Source: the human T2T-CHM13v2.0 reference genome, Homo sapiens. Taken from it: a DNA stretch of 64,000 nucleotides. Location of the stretch: the NCBI RefSeq assembly GCF_009914755.1, contig NC_060931.1; one strand, 5' to 3'. The translations under genes and the position numbers were made by a program. The notes under the pieces were generated by a model. The model was not told where the DNA came from and did no database searches. It worked only from the letters and a program-made list of their open reading frames with translations. This document shows, one piece after another, positions 47,571-63,618 of the stretch; position 1 is the first letter of the stretch; each line of letters begins with the position of its first letter.

Positions 47571-47897
47571 AGCAAGGGCACTTTGATTAAAGAAGACATC
47601 ATCTAAGGTGAGTGGAGACACAGAGGGCAATTGCTGACAGGATGGCGAGGAGCTCACGCACTTCAGAGAAGCCTGCAGAGCCAGGCTCATCAAACAGGCA
47701 GGACCTCAGCCCACCCTGGCTAGGGAGCCACCACTGCCACCACAACAGACACTAGCTGCAGCCTCTGGCCCTACTGCCATTGCCAGAGCTCTGCCATCTC
47801 CAGAATGAATTCCAAATTCACCCCGCCTCCATGTATGATTTAATCAACATTCATAGTCTTGTTTAGGGGAATATAATTGGCTAAACTGAAGCCATTA

Positions 47898-48651
<754 letters not shown>

Positions 48652-48976
48652 CACCAACGTTCAGGGAGACAACATATCTGACCTTGTATTTTCCTTGACC
48701 AGAAACAGGATCCTGTCTTCCACCAAGACTTACGCAATTGTGAATTCCCCAAATGAAGAGGGTTGAGATGTGCAAGAAAAAAAGAGTTCTCCCCAGACCT
48801 GTGGACAATGACAGCCTTCTAGAAACTGGGTTTCTCTACAGCTTCTGGTGTCAGGTGAGGCTTTCTAGTGAAGACCTGACCTGCCTCCTCTCTCTCCTGC
48901 TTTGCAGAATGAATCCATGTGTTGAAGAAAGGCTAGGAATAGAACATCATATCATGTTCAGTGAGTGAAAACAGGG

Positions 48977-49048
48977 AGGGGGCACCTGGATTTGAACCAG
49001 GGACCTCTTGATCTGCAGTCAAGTGCTCTACCCCTGAGCTATACCCCC
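48977..49048 (-). tRNA. tRNA-Cys(GCA)
   Basis: Reverse complement GGGGGTATAGCTCAGGGGTAGAGCACTTGACTGCAGATCAAGAGGTCCCTGGTTCAAATCCAGGTGCCCCCT; T4 at 48968-48971. Confidence 0.97.
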
Positions 49049-51012
49049 ATTTGACTACCTATCTCTAATAAGTACTATAAACCTGTATGGCCATATCCTG
49101 TCACCGTCATGAGATGTGTACTTGCTTTGCCATGATACACCCCCTTCCCACTCCACACCTGCCTGCTAGCTCTACTTACAACCAGCATCCTTCTTCCTCC
49201 AGTGTGTGACTGAAGGCAGGGACATTAAAATCACTGAGGTTTGCAGCCAAAACATCCTTCAGACTCGCCTAGAACAGAGGGACTCAAAAGAATTGGTTGT
49301 TCAGCAGACCCGCTGGAGGTGAGGATGGGCTGGGCTGGGCAGGGCAGGGCAGAGCTGGGTAAAATCGAAAGTTCTTGGGCCCCACTTGAGGACTCCTAAG
49401 CCAGACTCTCTGGGAAGGGACCTAGGGACATGTGTGCTTCTAAAAAACCTGCAACATTCTAACTCATGGTTTGGAGATACTCGTTTAATCTGTTCCCTTC
49501 CATGGTATAGATCTGGAAAAAATGACAGTAATTAAAATCATACCCAAACAAAACACACCTGATTAATGACCAAGTCAAGACTAGAATCCACATTCATGAT
49601 AAAGGGCCTCTTTGCACTGAACACTCTGAGGCAGGAGTTGAACTGCCTTTTCCTTTCCTCTTTTCCATTTGCTGAATCCCACAATGTGTCAGATAAAAGT
49701 AGTGACCAGAAGACAGGATCCAATCCATGGAAAGTGGAGAAGTGGAGAATCAGAGAAATCTGTGGTCACTGGGACATGACACAGGACGGAGTGACTGCAA
49801 ACACATGGGCAGAGTGAAAGGAAGGGCCAATACGTGACACCATCTTGAAACAGGGACTACTTGATATGCAGCCAGATGCTCTGCCCTCAAAATATGCCCT
49901 CTCAACTGTTTAGACTTTCCTGATTGACACTGTTTCACCTATGTTCCCACGCCCAAGGATCTAATAGACATTGTAATTTCTCATCATTTTCAGTGAACCA
50001 CTGGCAACTGACCTCCTTCAGACAGACCTCTATCTGGCTTTGAACTTACCCTGTCCTTCCCTATGGACCTATCAGAGGACTTCTAGAAATCTTTCCTGCC
50101 TAGAATCCTGCAGCCTCCTCCTCAGTCCCTGTGTGGGGCAACAATTTGGAGAACTGCTGTTTAGAGCTGGAAGCTTCCTCTCTCCTTCTCTCCTGCTTTA
50201 GTTTTATCTTCTTTAACCTACATCCCATACTCCCTCTCCACTTCACTTTCACCCTCTGCACAGTGGGGTACTTTGGGCCTTGGCCTACATTTTTTCGACT
50301 GTCTTCTCTTCTTCCCTCTCCTCACTTACTAGTCCTTCCCTTTAAAAGGGAGACACCACCTTAACAGAGGGGACCCAGCCCCATGCTAGCTCCAAACCAT
50401 TAGCTCAGCACAACTGGCAGAGCCAGGACCAGGCACAAAGGCTGGCTATTTGAGCCCTGAAGCTCAGGCCTCCAGTGTCCCCTGTATTAGGACCAGGATC
50501 TCTCCCCCATTAGGTTGGCAGAAATGTAATTATAGAAACTGGGCAAAGATGTACGGAAACAGGTTCCTCATAGCTGCTGGAGCACCCGGTGGCACTGGGG
50601 TACTTCTGGGGACAGCAATATGGCAATGGCAGAGATGAAATCAAGCAAGCCTATGATATGGTGAGGCCACCGCTGGGTCTGTTTTCTGGAGTAGCATCCC
50701 AACAGGGGCACAAAGAGACAGGCCCAAGAACGCTCACTACGGTATTGCTTGTGTGAAAAATCAGAAAAAGCTTAAGTGCCAATCAGTGGAGGAATGGAAA
50801 ATAAGTTACAATATAGTTGCTTCTGGAATATTAAGCATCTGTTAAAAGGAATGAACTTGATCTACATGTATCAACATGGATAAGTCTGAAATACAGAATA
50901 ATGAGTGATAAATATAATAACATCCATGTAATTTTTCAAAACACAAAAAACCATATAATATACTGTTTACAACTACAAATGCACATGGCAGATGTTTTAA
51001 AATGTGGATAGA

Positions 51013-51314
51013 GGCCAGGCGCAGTGATTCAACGCCTGTAATCCAGCACTTTGGGAGGGTGATGCAGGCGGATCATGAGGTCAGGAGATCGAGACTATCC
51101 TGGCTAACACGGTAAAACCCCGTCTGTACTAAAAATACAAATATTTGCCAGTCGTGGTGGTACACGCCTGTAGTCCCAGCTACTCAGGAGGCTGAGCTAG
51201 GAGGATCGCTTGAACCTGGGAGGCAGAGGTTGAGGTTGAGCCGAGATCACGCCACTGCACTCCAGCCTGGGTGACAGAGTGAGACTCTGTGTCAAATTAA
51301 AAAAAAAAAAAAAA
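51013..51314 (+). mobile_element. Alu (Sc/Y-like)
   Basis: Dimer; TSD gtggataga. Confidence 0.93.
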
Positions 51315-52961
51315 GTGGATAGAAAGGATAAACACAGACAATTCAGGACAAGTGGTTGCTCCAGGGAGGCATGGGAGACCTTAAAAGAAATTTAAATGGT
51401 ATCAGAAATCCATTATTTCACACACACACATCACACACACTTTTTAAATTATGAAGCATGGCATACATTCAGCAAATAATTATTGAATTCCTACTCTGTG
51501 TTAGGCAATATTCTAGGTGCCTAGAATGATTATATGAAGAAAACAGATTAAAAATTTTTGTACTTTTGAAATTGACATTCTAATGGGGAAGACCTGACAT
51601 ACGATGAATCTATAAATAGGAAACATACATATACATGATGCTGTCTGACAGGCAAGACCCAAAGCAGGAAAGCAGGTCCAGTGTCCTGGGTGACGAGAAG
51701 ATAGGGAAGGTCTGCAGAAGCAGCAAAAAGACGAGGCCTGAGACCCAAAGGCAGGGTCTCTAGAGAAGGAGTGAAGCTGGCAGAAGCGCAATCATGAGGG
51801 GCAAGGACCCTGTCCCCGGTGGGCCTGGGCTCAGAGGGAGGCAAGGAAGAGGATGACAAACACTCAGAGGGCTGCAGTCCCCTGGAGCTCAGCCCGAGCA
51901 GGGAACGCTCAGGACCTGGCAGGTCTGCTAAGCCCTGAGTCCGATAAGGCTCAGTGGAGGGATGTGCAGGAGGTGAGGAGAAGGGGAGGTGAGGTCTCAC
52001 AGGGGGATGGGCCAGGCCAGATGTGGCGAGGGATGAGCTGGGAGTCCTGGCTTCTCAGACAGAGGACAGAGATAAAGGCCACACAGGATCCCTGCCAACA
52101 GGCTCAGGATGGACAGTGCAGTTTGTGTCTACTCATCTTGTCTACTGGTGGGTAGAAGCCAAGGATGCTGCTGAACATCGTATGATGCAGACAGAGAGTG
52201 CTGTGGAGTCTTACCATCTACTACCATATTTCCAGACCCCTCTTTACTCTAATTTAACAATGGTGTGAATGCGAGGAAAGCCTCCATACACAATGTAAAT
52301 ACAATGAAACCCAGTCACCCACAACTTCCCACCCAGCCTAGGAAGCTGGATGCACCTGGATTGTAACCTATTGCAGCCCAAAAGTATCTGTTCTCGACCA
52401 TCTTTATGTCCTCTAGCACTCAGCACTGTCCTTGACACCTAGAAGATTCTCAAAATGCATCTGTAGAACTAAACTGTCAATGTCCTGATGACGACTGGCA
52501 AAGCGGCCAGCCCGGAACATGCTTCTGCCCTTAGGGAAGTGCAAACCTGACTGAGATGAGATGACGGACATGGGGGATGCATTTAATTTCACACAAGTGG
52601 CGCACAGGAGGGCCTCTGCGGAACACCACCTTTCTCAGTGTCAGACGAAAGGGAAAACCAAAGTAGGTGGGACGGTCAAGGGCGGGTCTTCTGGAAGAAT
52701 CAGGGGTCGAGCCTTGCAGAGATGTGGTCTCCCTAGTCAAATGACCCAGCAGGTCTCCACTTCAGAAATTTGGTTTTTCTCGTGTCCACCCGTCCTTCCC
52801 TTAACTTTCAAAGGTGCTGACTGGCTCCAGGGAAATCTGAGACACTGATATCTGGTAACCAGATTCACCTTAAATAAATGTGTGCTTTTAATCATACCGA
52901 ACCATAAGGCTGACCAATGGGTTTATGTTCTACAACTGCTACAGGTTTAAATTAAGGTTAA

Positions 52962-53262
<301 letters not shown>

Positions 53263-53337
53263 TCATCAATTAACGTTAGTCATCGGAGGCAAGGTGGACT
53301 CTTTGCAAAACTTTGAATTAACTTTGTCTTCAATCCA

Positions 53338-53770
53338 CAGCTGCCCCTTGAACAACATGGGTTTGAACTACGCAGACCCACTTATAAGTGAATTTCCTTC
53401 TCCTCTGCGACCTGAGACAGCAAGAACAACCCCTCATCCTCCTCCTCAGCCTACTCAATCTGAAGCTAATGATGAGGATGATGACCTTTACTATGACTCA
53501 CTTCCACTTAAAGAGTAATAAACATATTTTCTTTTCCTTATGATTTTCTTAATAAAAAGTTTCTCTAGCTTATTGTAAATATATAATATATAATACATAG
53601 AGCATACAATATACATGTTATTGATTATTCATATTGTCAATAAGGCTTCTAGTCAATAGGAGACTATCACTAGTTAACTTTTTGGAGAGTCAAAAGTTAG
53701 ATGTAGACCTTCCGCTGCATGGGATTGGGGGCTTGCACCCCTGGCCCCTGTGTTGTTCAAGGGTCAACTA
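53338..53770 (+). mobile_element. Tigger2a/MER28-like non-autonomous DNA transposon
   Basis: TIRs CAGCTGCCCCTTGAACAACA and TGTTGTTCAAGGGTCAACTA. Confidence 0.8.
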
Positions 53771-54334
53771 TGCTCCTGCCTTCCCTCTCAGTGTCCTCCT
53801 CTTCCTCCCCTCATCCTGTGCCCTGCCTTTGTCTCTTCCTAAAAGATTAGGTTTGCCACTTGTTTCCCTGATAGAAAGTGTTCGGTTCTGGAGCATTAGC
53901 TGAGTAAGTAGCAGTCAGGGCCACTTGAGTGGCCAGAAGTGCCAGGAAGACAAAGAGAGAAAGAGGCTTTTTCCTTCCTTGCAGCTTCGAGGGCTACAAG
54001 CAGAGCCATGTCTTCCACTGTGCCTCACACAACTGGGGATCCTCAAAATGTGGACAGAGGGTTCACAGGGTGGGGAAGAATAGGAAGAAAAACAAAAAAG
54101 AAAACACAAGAGAAATGCTCACCAAAGCAAAGCAAGACAAGACTGAATCAGGCGTGCAGAGCAGATCTGGGCAGGTCACGTGGGGCAGCAGGAAAGTAGA
54201 GAGGAGCATGGGACAAACCAACCTCCTTACCCTCTCGTCCTCTTTGCAGGAAGAGTCAGGTGCAGGGGCCTCAGGAGGTGAAACGAAACTATTTTTGAAT
54301 ACTCTGGTCAGTATGGGAAGAAATTAGTGTAGGT

Positions 54335-54391
54335 AGGGAACACATGAATTTGAGTCAGGGACCTGTGGATCATCAATCAAATGCTTTACTC
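54335..54391 (-). pseudogene. tRNA-Cys relic (3' two-thirds)
   Basis: AGGGAACACATGAATTTGAGTCAGGGACCTGTGGATCATCAATCAAATGCTTTAC aligns to antisense tRNA-Cys; the flank resembles that of the 48977 gene. Confidence 0.7.
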
Positions 54392-55117
54392 AAAAACAAC
54401 TACTGAAGCCTGAGTACACTTTAATTCTGAACTTCAATGCAGGGAGTCGAGTAATCACTCATGGCCTGCCACCACCCCTAGCTGACTGTGCCATTGCAAT
54501 TGGTCACCCTCCTACCATGCCCACAGCTTCATTCTGACATCCCCCACCTTCCCACACTCTCCCACCTCTACATACCTGGCCACTTGCCTATGCCTGCAGC
54601 TCAGCACCCTACATGCCCTCAGCGATGGACTGAAGGCAGGCACTAGCTTGAACATCACTGATGCTTCCCACTGGGATGTTGTTTAGAATGACAAGTTGTT
54701 GTAAGTTCCAAAACAATTTTCCAGCCACTTGGAATTATTGGATGTTAGAACAGGTATTAACAGGGGATTATGCCCCAGACAACCCCCAAAAGTAGAAGTT
54801 CTCTGATTCCTCCTCAGTCCTACTAAATTGGAATTTCTAGGAAGTAATCTGTATCTTTGACATGTTCTGTCAGTAATGCTGATGCAAAGTCAGACTACAT
54901 AACCTCTAATTCAGGCTGTCCTGCCATAATATAAACTTCAAAGAAGAGCAGCTAATTAGAACTTTTGAAGCACATGCAGATTATTACTGACTTGATCATG
55001 ACTTGTGCCAGAAAAATGAAGTCATGAGAAAACTGACACGAACTATAGGAAGAACAGTGGTGAGGATGACTAGCAAGCTCAACATCAGGAAAAGAGAACC
55101 CACAGGTAAGTGGCAGC

Positions 55118-55189
55118 AGGGAGTAACCGGATTTGAACCGGGGACCTCTTGATCTGCAGTCAAATGCTCTACCTGTGAGCTATACCCCC
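55118..55189 (-). tRNA. tRNA-Cys(GCA) variant
   Basis: GGGGGTATAGCTCACAGGTAGAGC...CCCCGGTTCAAATCCGGTTACTCCCT; altered D loop, C49:U65 mismatch; T4 at 55090-55093. Confidence 0.9.
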
Positions 55190-55506
55190 TTGCCTGGTGG
55201 ACATTCCTCCTTAGCATATTTCACCTGTGTTGCCACACCCAAGGATTCTACAGTGCACTATAAATTGTATTCATTCCCAGCCAGCTTATGGAAACTGGCA
55301 ACTCTACCACAACTGACTAGAGACCGCCCTTCTGGTCATGAGTTCACCCCTCCATTTCCCAGAGACCCTTCACTGGTCTAATGGTACTTTCCTACTCTGT
55401 AGCCACAACCTGAACTCCTTCAACTATCTCCTCCCATTCCCTTACTCAGTACCTGATGGGAATAGGGGATGAGGGTTGGGGGAGAGGCAGGTGTAAGAAT
55501 CAAGGC

Positions 55507-55960
55507 TGTATTAGTCAGCTATTTCCACAACAATGTGTCACAACAAATCATCCCAAAATTAGGCTGTATGAAACCATAAGCATGTCTCGTGCTGATAGGT
55601 CAGCAGCATGGATGCCAATCAGCTGATGTAGGCTGGGTCTGCTTCAAGCTGTGGGTCCATCTGTGCTTGGTTTCTGTCTGAGCCGGGCTCAAGTTTGCTC
55701 CATGTGTGTTCCTTCCACAATCCCAGCTGGAGGAGTAGCAGCTAGCAAGGGGACACTCTTCTGGTGGTGACAGCAGAAATGCAAAGGGGGAGGCCCAACT
55801 ATGCAAGCAGCTTTCAAGCCTCTGTTTGCATCACATGTGCTAACATCTCATTGATCAAATCAAGTCAGAGAAGCAAGCCCTAACTCAAGAGCAGGGAAGC
55901 ATGTTCCACCTCTAGTGGGAAGATCTGCAAAGTCTCATGGTGAAGGTCACAGATGCAAAA
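55507..55960. mobile_element. MLT1-type MaLR LTR
   Basis: tgtattagtcagctatt...acaaatcatcccaaaatt...caagtcagagaagcaagccc. Confidence 0.7.
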
Positions 55961-56605
55961 ATAAGTGAAGATCCAGGGCCACTTCCAAGTGGTTCACTTG
56001 TGCCTTGTAACCCCTGAGCCCCCAAGGCCGGTTGTTTCCTGCTTGCCTTCAAATGGAGGGATTAATCTGATCAGGCCCAACTGCCCTGCTTGCTTTTTGT
56101 TGTTATTATTTCCCTATTTCCACGAAGCTGAAGGCCACCGTACCTGAAAGCCTCAATGCTCAATGCAGAAACTTAACTTTCATGGGAGGCTTTATAGAAC
56201 TTACGTAGGTCACATGGTGATGGTCACTTCAGTTGTTTTTCAGGCACTTGGGCCAGCTCCTGTCCAGCTAAAACTGGTTTAGACAACTGACTCTTCAACT
56301 GGTCTGAGCAAGTGCCTGAGAGGTGGCCTTTTGATATAAGAGGGCCAAAAATCTCACCCTCAAATCATGCTAATGCCACAATTTTCTGTGGATATGTCCT
56401 GTGAAATGTCATGGCATGTACCTGGAGTCCCAGCTATAGAGCAGGCTAAGGTGGGATGGCTTGAGGCTGTAGTGAGCTATGATCATGCCACTGCATTTCA
56501 GCCTGCGTGACAGAGCAACACCTTGTCTCAAAAGAAAAAAAAGAGAAGGAAGAAGGGAAGGAGGGAGGGAGTGAAAGAAGGGAAAGAAAGAGAAATAGAG
56601 AAATG

Positions 56606-57244
56606 CCTTTGGTCTTTGATGTTGGTAACCTTCAGATGGGGTTTTTGTGTGGTCGTCCTTTTCGTTTATTTGATGCTATTGCTTTCTGTTTGTTAGTTTT
56701 CCTTCTAACAGTCAGGCCCCTCTTCTGCAGGTCTGCTAAGAGTTTGCTGGTGGTCCACTCCAGACACTGTTTTCCTGGGTATCACCAGCAGAGGCTGCAG
56801 AACAGCAAAGACTGCTGACTGCTCCTTCCTCTGGAAGCTTCGTCTCAGAGGGGCACACGCCAGATGCCAGCCAGCGCTCTCCTACATGAGGTGTCTGTTG
56901 ATCCCTGCTGGGAGTTGTCTCCCCATCAGGAGGCACGGGGGTCAGGAACCCACTTGAGGAGGCAGTCTGTCCCTTAGCAGAGCTTGAGCACTGTGCTGGG
57001 AGATCCACTGCTCTCTTCAGAGCCGGCAGGCAGAAAAGTTTAAGTCTGATGAAGCTGTGCCCACAGCCACCCCTTTCCCCCAGGTGCTCTGTCCCAGGGA
57101 TATGGGAGTTTTATCTACAAGGCCCTGAATGAGGCTACTGCCTTTCTTTCAGAGATACCCTGCCCAGAGAGGAGGAATCTAGAAAGGCAGTCTGGCTACG
57201 GAGGCTTTGTGGCGCTGTGGTGGGCTCCAACCAGTCCAAACTTC
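56606..57244 (-). mobile_element. Isolated L1 5' UTR fragment (L1PA7/8-like)
   Basis: Homologous to 38837-39350; truncated at both ends. Confidence 0.85.
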
Positions 57245-57296
57245 TGATAAATTATAAAAATATATGTAACGTTAAAAACAGCCATGCACTGGGAAT

Positions 57297-57365
57297 GGAG
57301 GTGTAGTTCAGGGTAGAGCTTTCCACACTAGCAGCGGAGTTTTCTGGCCAAAACCTGGAGGAGCT
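57297..57365 (+). pseudogene. tRNA-Cys relic (paralog of 16059)
   Basis: GGAGGTGTAGTTCAGGGTAGAGCTTT. Confidence 0.6.
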
Positions 57366-57858
57366 GTGTGGTCCTCATGCTATGTTGTCTCCATGATGCT
57401 TCCCAGGACTACTCTCTGATCCATGTCAGGGCCTAGGAACTCCCCCAACTTCACCAAGTCTTTCATGAACTGGATTTAATGCAAAGATCCCAGACTGAGA
57501 GATATCTATATATGTCAGTACTGCATGTGTCTCAATTTGTGTCTCCAAACTGCTATTTTGTAGTGTAAACAAGAAGACATCAAACATGGAGACCTAAAGG
57601 CTGTTCCAGCAGTAAACGGAAACACTCCTCTCAGCTGCTCCTGTCACCACGGACTGAGGGAAAGCGGGGAGATTGTGCAGGCATGTGAGCAGGGGCCAGG
57701 GTTTGGCAACTGGGGATGGACTTTTCTGGGGTGAGTTTGTGGTAAAATCAGTTGCTGGTCTTACTCTCTAAAAGTAAGCAGGAACTTTCAATGTGCTGTA
57801 GGACTCCTGGGTGCGATTACCAACATGAAAAGTGGTTATTAGACACTTATGACAAGCA

Positions 57859-57930
57859 GGGCGTATAGCTCAGGGGTAGAGCATTTGACTGCAGATCAAG
57901 AGGTCCCCAGTTCAAATCTGGGTGCCCCCT
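57859..57930 (+). tRNA. tRNA-Cys(GCA) variant (paralog of 16602)
   Basis: GGGCGTATAG...CCCCAGTTCAAATCTGGGTGCCCCCT; C4:C69 mismatch only. Confidence 0.92.
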
Positions 57931-59175
57931 ACTGCACTTTTTCTATTCATACAAGCTGTTATATTCTTCACAGAAGCTGTTGGTCACATTCCAGTTTCTT
58001 TTCATCCATTCCACCTATGATTTTCCCTGGAACTGGAAGCTACAGCTCAGGCCTACCCAGCTGCAACCTGGCTGGATAACTTCTCCCAGCACCAGTTCCA
58101 CGGGTATCCCTCATATTCTTGGTATTCTTGGTATCTAGCTCCCTGCTCCCCCTATAGATGTAATTTCTCAAGCTGTGATGCAGTATGCTTCTGGGTTTTT
58201 CCAGGGCAGACCAGAGAGTAGTACTGCAGCAGGCTCCCCAGAAACAGATGGGGAATGGTACCCCAAGTTATCACTCTCCTGGCTCCTTCCCACAGCAGCA
58301 GTTTGGTGCACTGGAGTGGTGGCCAGACCTGGGGAGACACATCACAGCACACAGCATTCCCATGGAGGGCAGATGTTTCCCCTGGAGAATTGCTCCCACG
58401 CAGGGCTCACTCACACCCTTGCTTCAACCTTGTAGGCCAAAAGCCTGGCTCAGCTACTCTAACAAGGGAGACAGAGGCTCTGCAGTGCTGCCCCTACGAC
58501 CAAACTCCTGTAGCTCTGCGGCTGCACGTGAATTACAGCCCACTCTGTGACTGTGGCCCAAGGCTTGGAGGTGGGGGATTAGACTCAAGAGTCTGTTCGT
58601 ATGAGATGATTGGGAATTCCAACTTTGTTCTGTGGGCCACAGGGAGTCCTGTGTGCTGCAATGAAGAACCAGTGAGGTCCTTTGTCTAAGGAGGTCATTT
58701 AGGAGACATTACAGATACTGGTTTGGAGTTTGCCAAAAGACAAGAACAGGAACTGGTGTTATTTTTTTAATGCTTACTATGCCCTACTATGTGCTAATAT
58801 CATGCTAGGCAGTTTATCATCAGTTATCATATTTGTCCACTCTGTCTTCACTGCAGGAAAAAGGGAGCCGGGCTGGGAGCTTGGGTTAGTCTGTGGACTG
58901 TTTTGGACACCAGTGGCCAGCTCTTGGGTTAACCCCAAAAAACAATGGGAAATGGCTCTGAGTTCTGCAGACAGCCTCCATCCTTTTCTCCTGCTCATGG
59001 CTCCACCCAGAGACAGACCTGGTGAACTGCAGAGCTGAGGGAAGGTGTCTAGCTGTGAATCAGGTCTGGCAGCTTCCAGAAAGTCAGTCCTGGAGGGAAG
59101 CCATCATTTAATTTTACAAAGCTGAGTGTTCCCATACTGATAAAAGGTACTAACTAGGTAACCTCAGTGTGCCAT

Positions 59176-59247
59176 GGGGGTAAAGCTCTGGGCTAGAGCT
59201 TTTGACTGTAGAGCAAGAGGTCCCTCGCTCAGATCCAGGTTCTCCAT
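59176..59247 (+). pseudogene. Cys-derived GTA-anticodon tRNA pseudogene (paralog of 17934)
   Basis: GTA loop retained; B box degraded (CGCTCAGATCC). Confidence 0.85.
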
Positions 59248-59664
59248 TCTTTATGTTCAATGTTGGTAGATAACTTTATCCACATACAACTTAGACTGGC
59301 ATAGGCCACACAGAGGGTAGGGTCACCTTCTCAGTCTCATTCTCCACGTTGCCCCCAAACACCAGCTCCTCCACTATCCCTCCACGCTTCTCCTCTCTCA
59401 AAACCATCTCCTTCCACCACTCTCTCCTCTCACCATTCATGTCTTCTCTGACATATGGGACTCCACAAACAGTGGACACTTTTAGAACCAGGCTAACAAT
59501 CTTATTTTCCTCACCGCCCTCTCCTTCTGTCCTCAGGAATGTCAAACACCATGGCAATGTGCGTCCAATGCTAAGGCCTCCCGAGATTTCCATCCTGCTG
59601 CCTCTACGAATGTTCACAAACTCCACTCACTGAGGCTCTCAAGGGGTGTGGTGAGGCAGAGTCA

Positions 59665-59874
<210 letters not shown>

Positions 59875-60873
59875 TCAAACATAGTTTACTCTGACACCTG
59901 TATAACCACTGCCAGTGCTCGTTCCCTAATTAAGTTACATTACTTTTCAGAGAGATTCTGCCTGTTATTTAGATTGACACCACCTTTTATTGGCTTCTTT
60001 GCTTTCTCTGTCTGACTTCCCACTCCCTACTGGTGTTTCCTGAACTTATCTTCCAAATAAACTACCTGCTCTTACATTTTAGTTTCAGAGTCTCTTTCTA
60101 AAGAAATCTAAACTAAGACAACAGATTAAAGGAGAAAAATCATGTCATTCAAATAGATGAAGAAAAACATCCAATCAAATCCAACACACCTTCGTGATTC
60201 AAAAAAAATTCTTGGAAGCGAGGATAAATATTCTACCTTCTTAATATGTCACTAGCTGTCTACCTGAAATATAAAAAGAAATATTATTTAACGGTGGGGT
60301 CGTGAAAGCTTTAAATTGAAAAATGAAAGAAAGACAAATATGCTCTTAAAGGGAAATGGAAACTGAATTGAGGAGCAAAAGACTCTAAAAAAATCACCAA
60401 ATATATTTTTTAAATGAATCAACTAAGACATTCCAGAAATGAAAAAAAGTATCAACATCTTCCTTTTTATTTACTTTTAACTGAAATATAACTAACAATA
60501 AGGTATAGAAATCTTTAACGTACAGCTCAATTAATTTGTACACATACACACAAATGTACCCACCTCCTAAATCAAGATATAGAAGACTGAAAGGAATGCT
60601 GCTATGAACAAGAATCTTGCATGTACACAGACACACTCTACTCTCCGTATCTAGGAATACAATTGTTGAGGAAGTGGGTGTTTCTATTTTTGGCTTTAGC
60701 CAGTAAGGTCGGACGGTTTTCTAAAGTGGTTCCAGCAAATCACACTACCACTAGCAGGGGATGAGAGTTACTATGGCTCCACGTACCATCACTGAGTAAC
60801 ATCAGTCTCTTTCATTTTAACCAACCTAGCAACAATTCTAGCAATAGTTCACTGCGGTTTAACTTGCACCTTT

Positions 60874-61171
60874 CTTTTCTTTTCGTTTTGAGATGGAGTT
60901 TCGCTCTCGTTGCCCAGGCTGGAGTACAGTGGCACGATCTTGGCTCGCCACAACCTCCGCTTCCCGGGTTCAAGCAATGCTCCTACCTCAGCTTCCTGAG
61001 TGGCTGGGATTACAGGCATGCGCCACCAAGCCTGGCTAATTTTGTATTTTTAGTAGAGATGGGGTTTCTCCATGTTGGTCAGGCTGGTCTTGAACTCCCG
61101 ACCTCAGGTGATCCGGCCGCCTCGGCCTCCCCAAGTGCTGGGATTACAGGTGTGAGCCACCGCGCCCGGCC
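60874..61171 (-). mobile_element. AluSp-like element, specific to copy B
   Basis: TSD taa(c/t)ttgcacctttct; absent at 26250 in copy A. Confidence 0.93.
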
Positions 61172-61477
61172 TAATTTGCACCTTTCTAGACTCATGAGGT
61201 TTGAGCATCTTTTCATAGGCTTATTGGTCGCTTGGATGTCCTCTTCTGTGAAGTGACTGCTCAAGTCTCTTCTTCATTTTTCTACTAAGTTGTCCATTTT
61301 TTAATTGTCTTGTGCAATACTTTATATATTTTGGGAATAAACCCTTCATCACTTATGTGCAATAGATACCTTCTCCTGCCATGTGGGTTCTTATTCTCTT
61401 ACTTGTGTTTATTGGCTCTCATGAATGTTAGCTGATTTCTCTGTGAGCTTTTTATCTGTTCAGCAAACGGTATATAG

Positions 61478-61858
<381 letters not shown>

Positions 61859-61935
61859 ACTGCTTAGCCCTTCTCGTATCCTGCCTTAGTGCAAGACTGT
61901 CTCCTTCCTGATTCCTCACCATGGGTGGGGCCTAA

Positions 61936-62251
<316 letters not shown>

Positions 62252-62681
62252 CAGGCTGCTGCCCAGGCCCTGCCAGTGGGGAGTTCTGTGCTCTTGCAGG
62301 CTCATCAATCCTCCGCATCTTCCTTGGCAGTCCACCCTACTGCCGAAAAGGGAAACCCAGAGGATTTTAACGTTATCATATAAATCACTGCGGAAGTCAG
62401 TGTTTCCCGAGGCTGTCAGGCCAGGAGCGGAGAGGAGTGGCTGGCTGCTGGCTGCCTTCTGAGAAGGTGCCCAGGGCTACAAGGCAAAGGCCTGTGGGTA
62501 AAGGAGAAAATTCCAGCAGGAAAGAAAGGCAGTTTGAAGAAGAGACAGTTTACCAGCTCCTATGACAAGAGCAGAGGCGGGGCCTTGGCACAGCTGAGGA
62601 GGTGAAAAGGAGTTAACCCAAGTGTTCCTCCAAGTCTTCCTTCTAGAAAGGACAGGGTTCTGCCTGCCATCAGGAAGGTCA

Positions 62682-62822
<141 letters not shown>

Positions 62823-63546
62823 TTAGCTGGGTATGATGGTACACACCTGTGGTCCCACCTACTTGGGAAGCTGAAGTGAGCTATAATTGTTTCACTGCAC
62901 TCCACTCTGGATGACAGGAAAACACCCTGTTACTTAAAGACAAAAATGAATCAAGTGGGGTTGTTGTCTAGCAACATATTCTGGTCCTTGAAACTATGTT
63001 AACGCTGGCCCTCTTAAGGCTTTCGGGGATTCCAAAATCTACTCAGCTACCGCCTTCTCACTATTTCTTGGAGTCGCTCCTTCTCTATCATTCTCCATTA
63101 ATATTAATTGAAGAAGTGAAAGCTGGAAGAATCACCTTCTGTCCTAGATTGTAGTTGTGTTGGAACACTGGACCAGGAGAGCCAGGCCCAACTCTGTCAT
63201 TAAGTGTTTTAGAACAGACACCTCAGTCACACAAAGTTTCTCTTGTATGTGCCCACCATAAACAGTTACTGGAGGATGACTCTCAAGGCCATTCTAGTGG
63301 CTGCTGGCAGTGCTTTTCCAGCCTGCTGCCCATAACTAAGGACTCAAGGCAGGGAAGACACAGGCACGGGGGTTATCTGAGGAGCGGGGACTGCCTCTTG
63401 CTATGCACAAGGTCAATGCGTTTTCACTGAGGTAGACCTGGCAGCTCCTAGGAGCTTCCATTGTGAAGTGGCAACACACAGGTGACTGGTCATCTGGGTG
63501 TGACCGCACAAGTCAAAGGCATTAATTGACCCCCACAGCAGCAGGA

Positions 63547-63618
63547 AGGGGTATAGCTCAGGGTTAGAGCATAAGACTGCAGACCGAGAGGCCACCAGTT
63601 TGATTCCAGATGCCCCCT
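63547..63618 (+). pseudogene. Decayed tRNA-Cys(GCA) (paralog of 28539)
   Basis: AGGGGTATAGCTCAGGGTTAGAGCATAAGACTGCAGACCGAGAGGCCACCAGTTTGATTCCAGATGCCCCCT. Confidence 0.85.
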
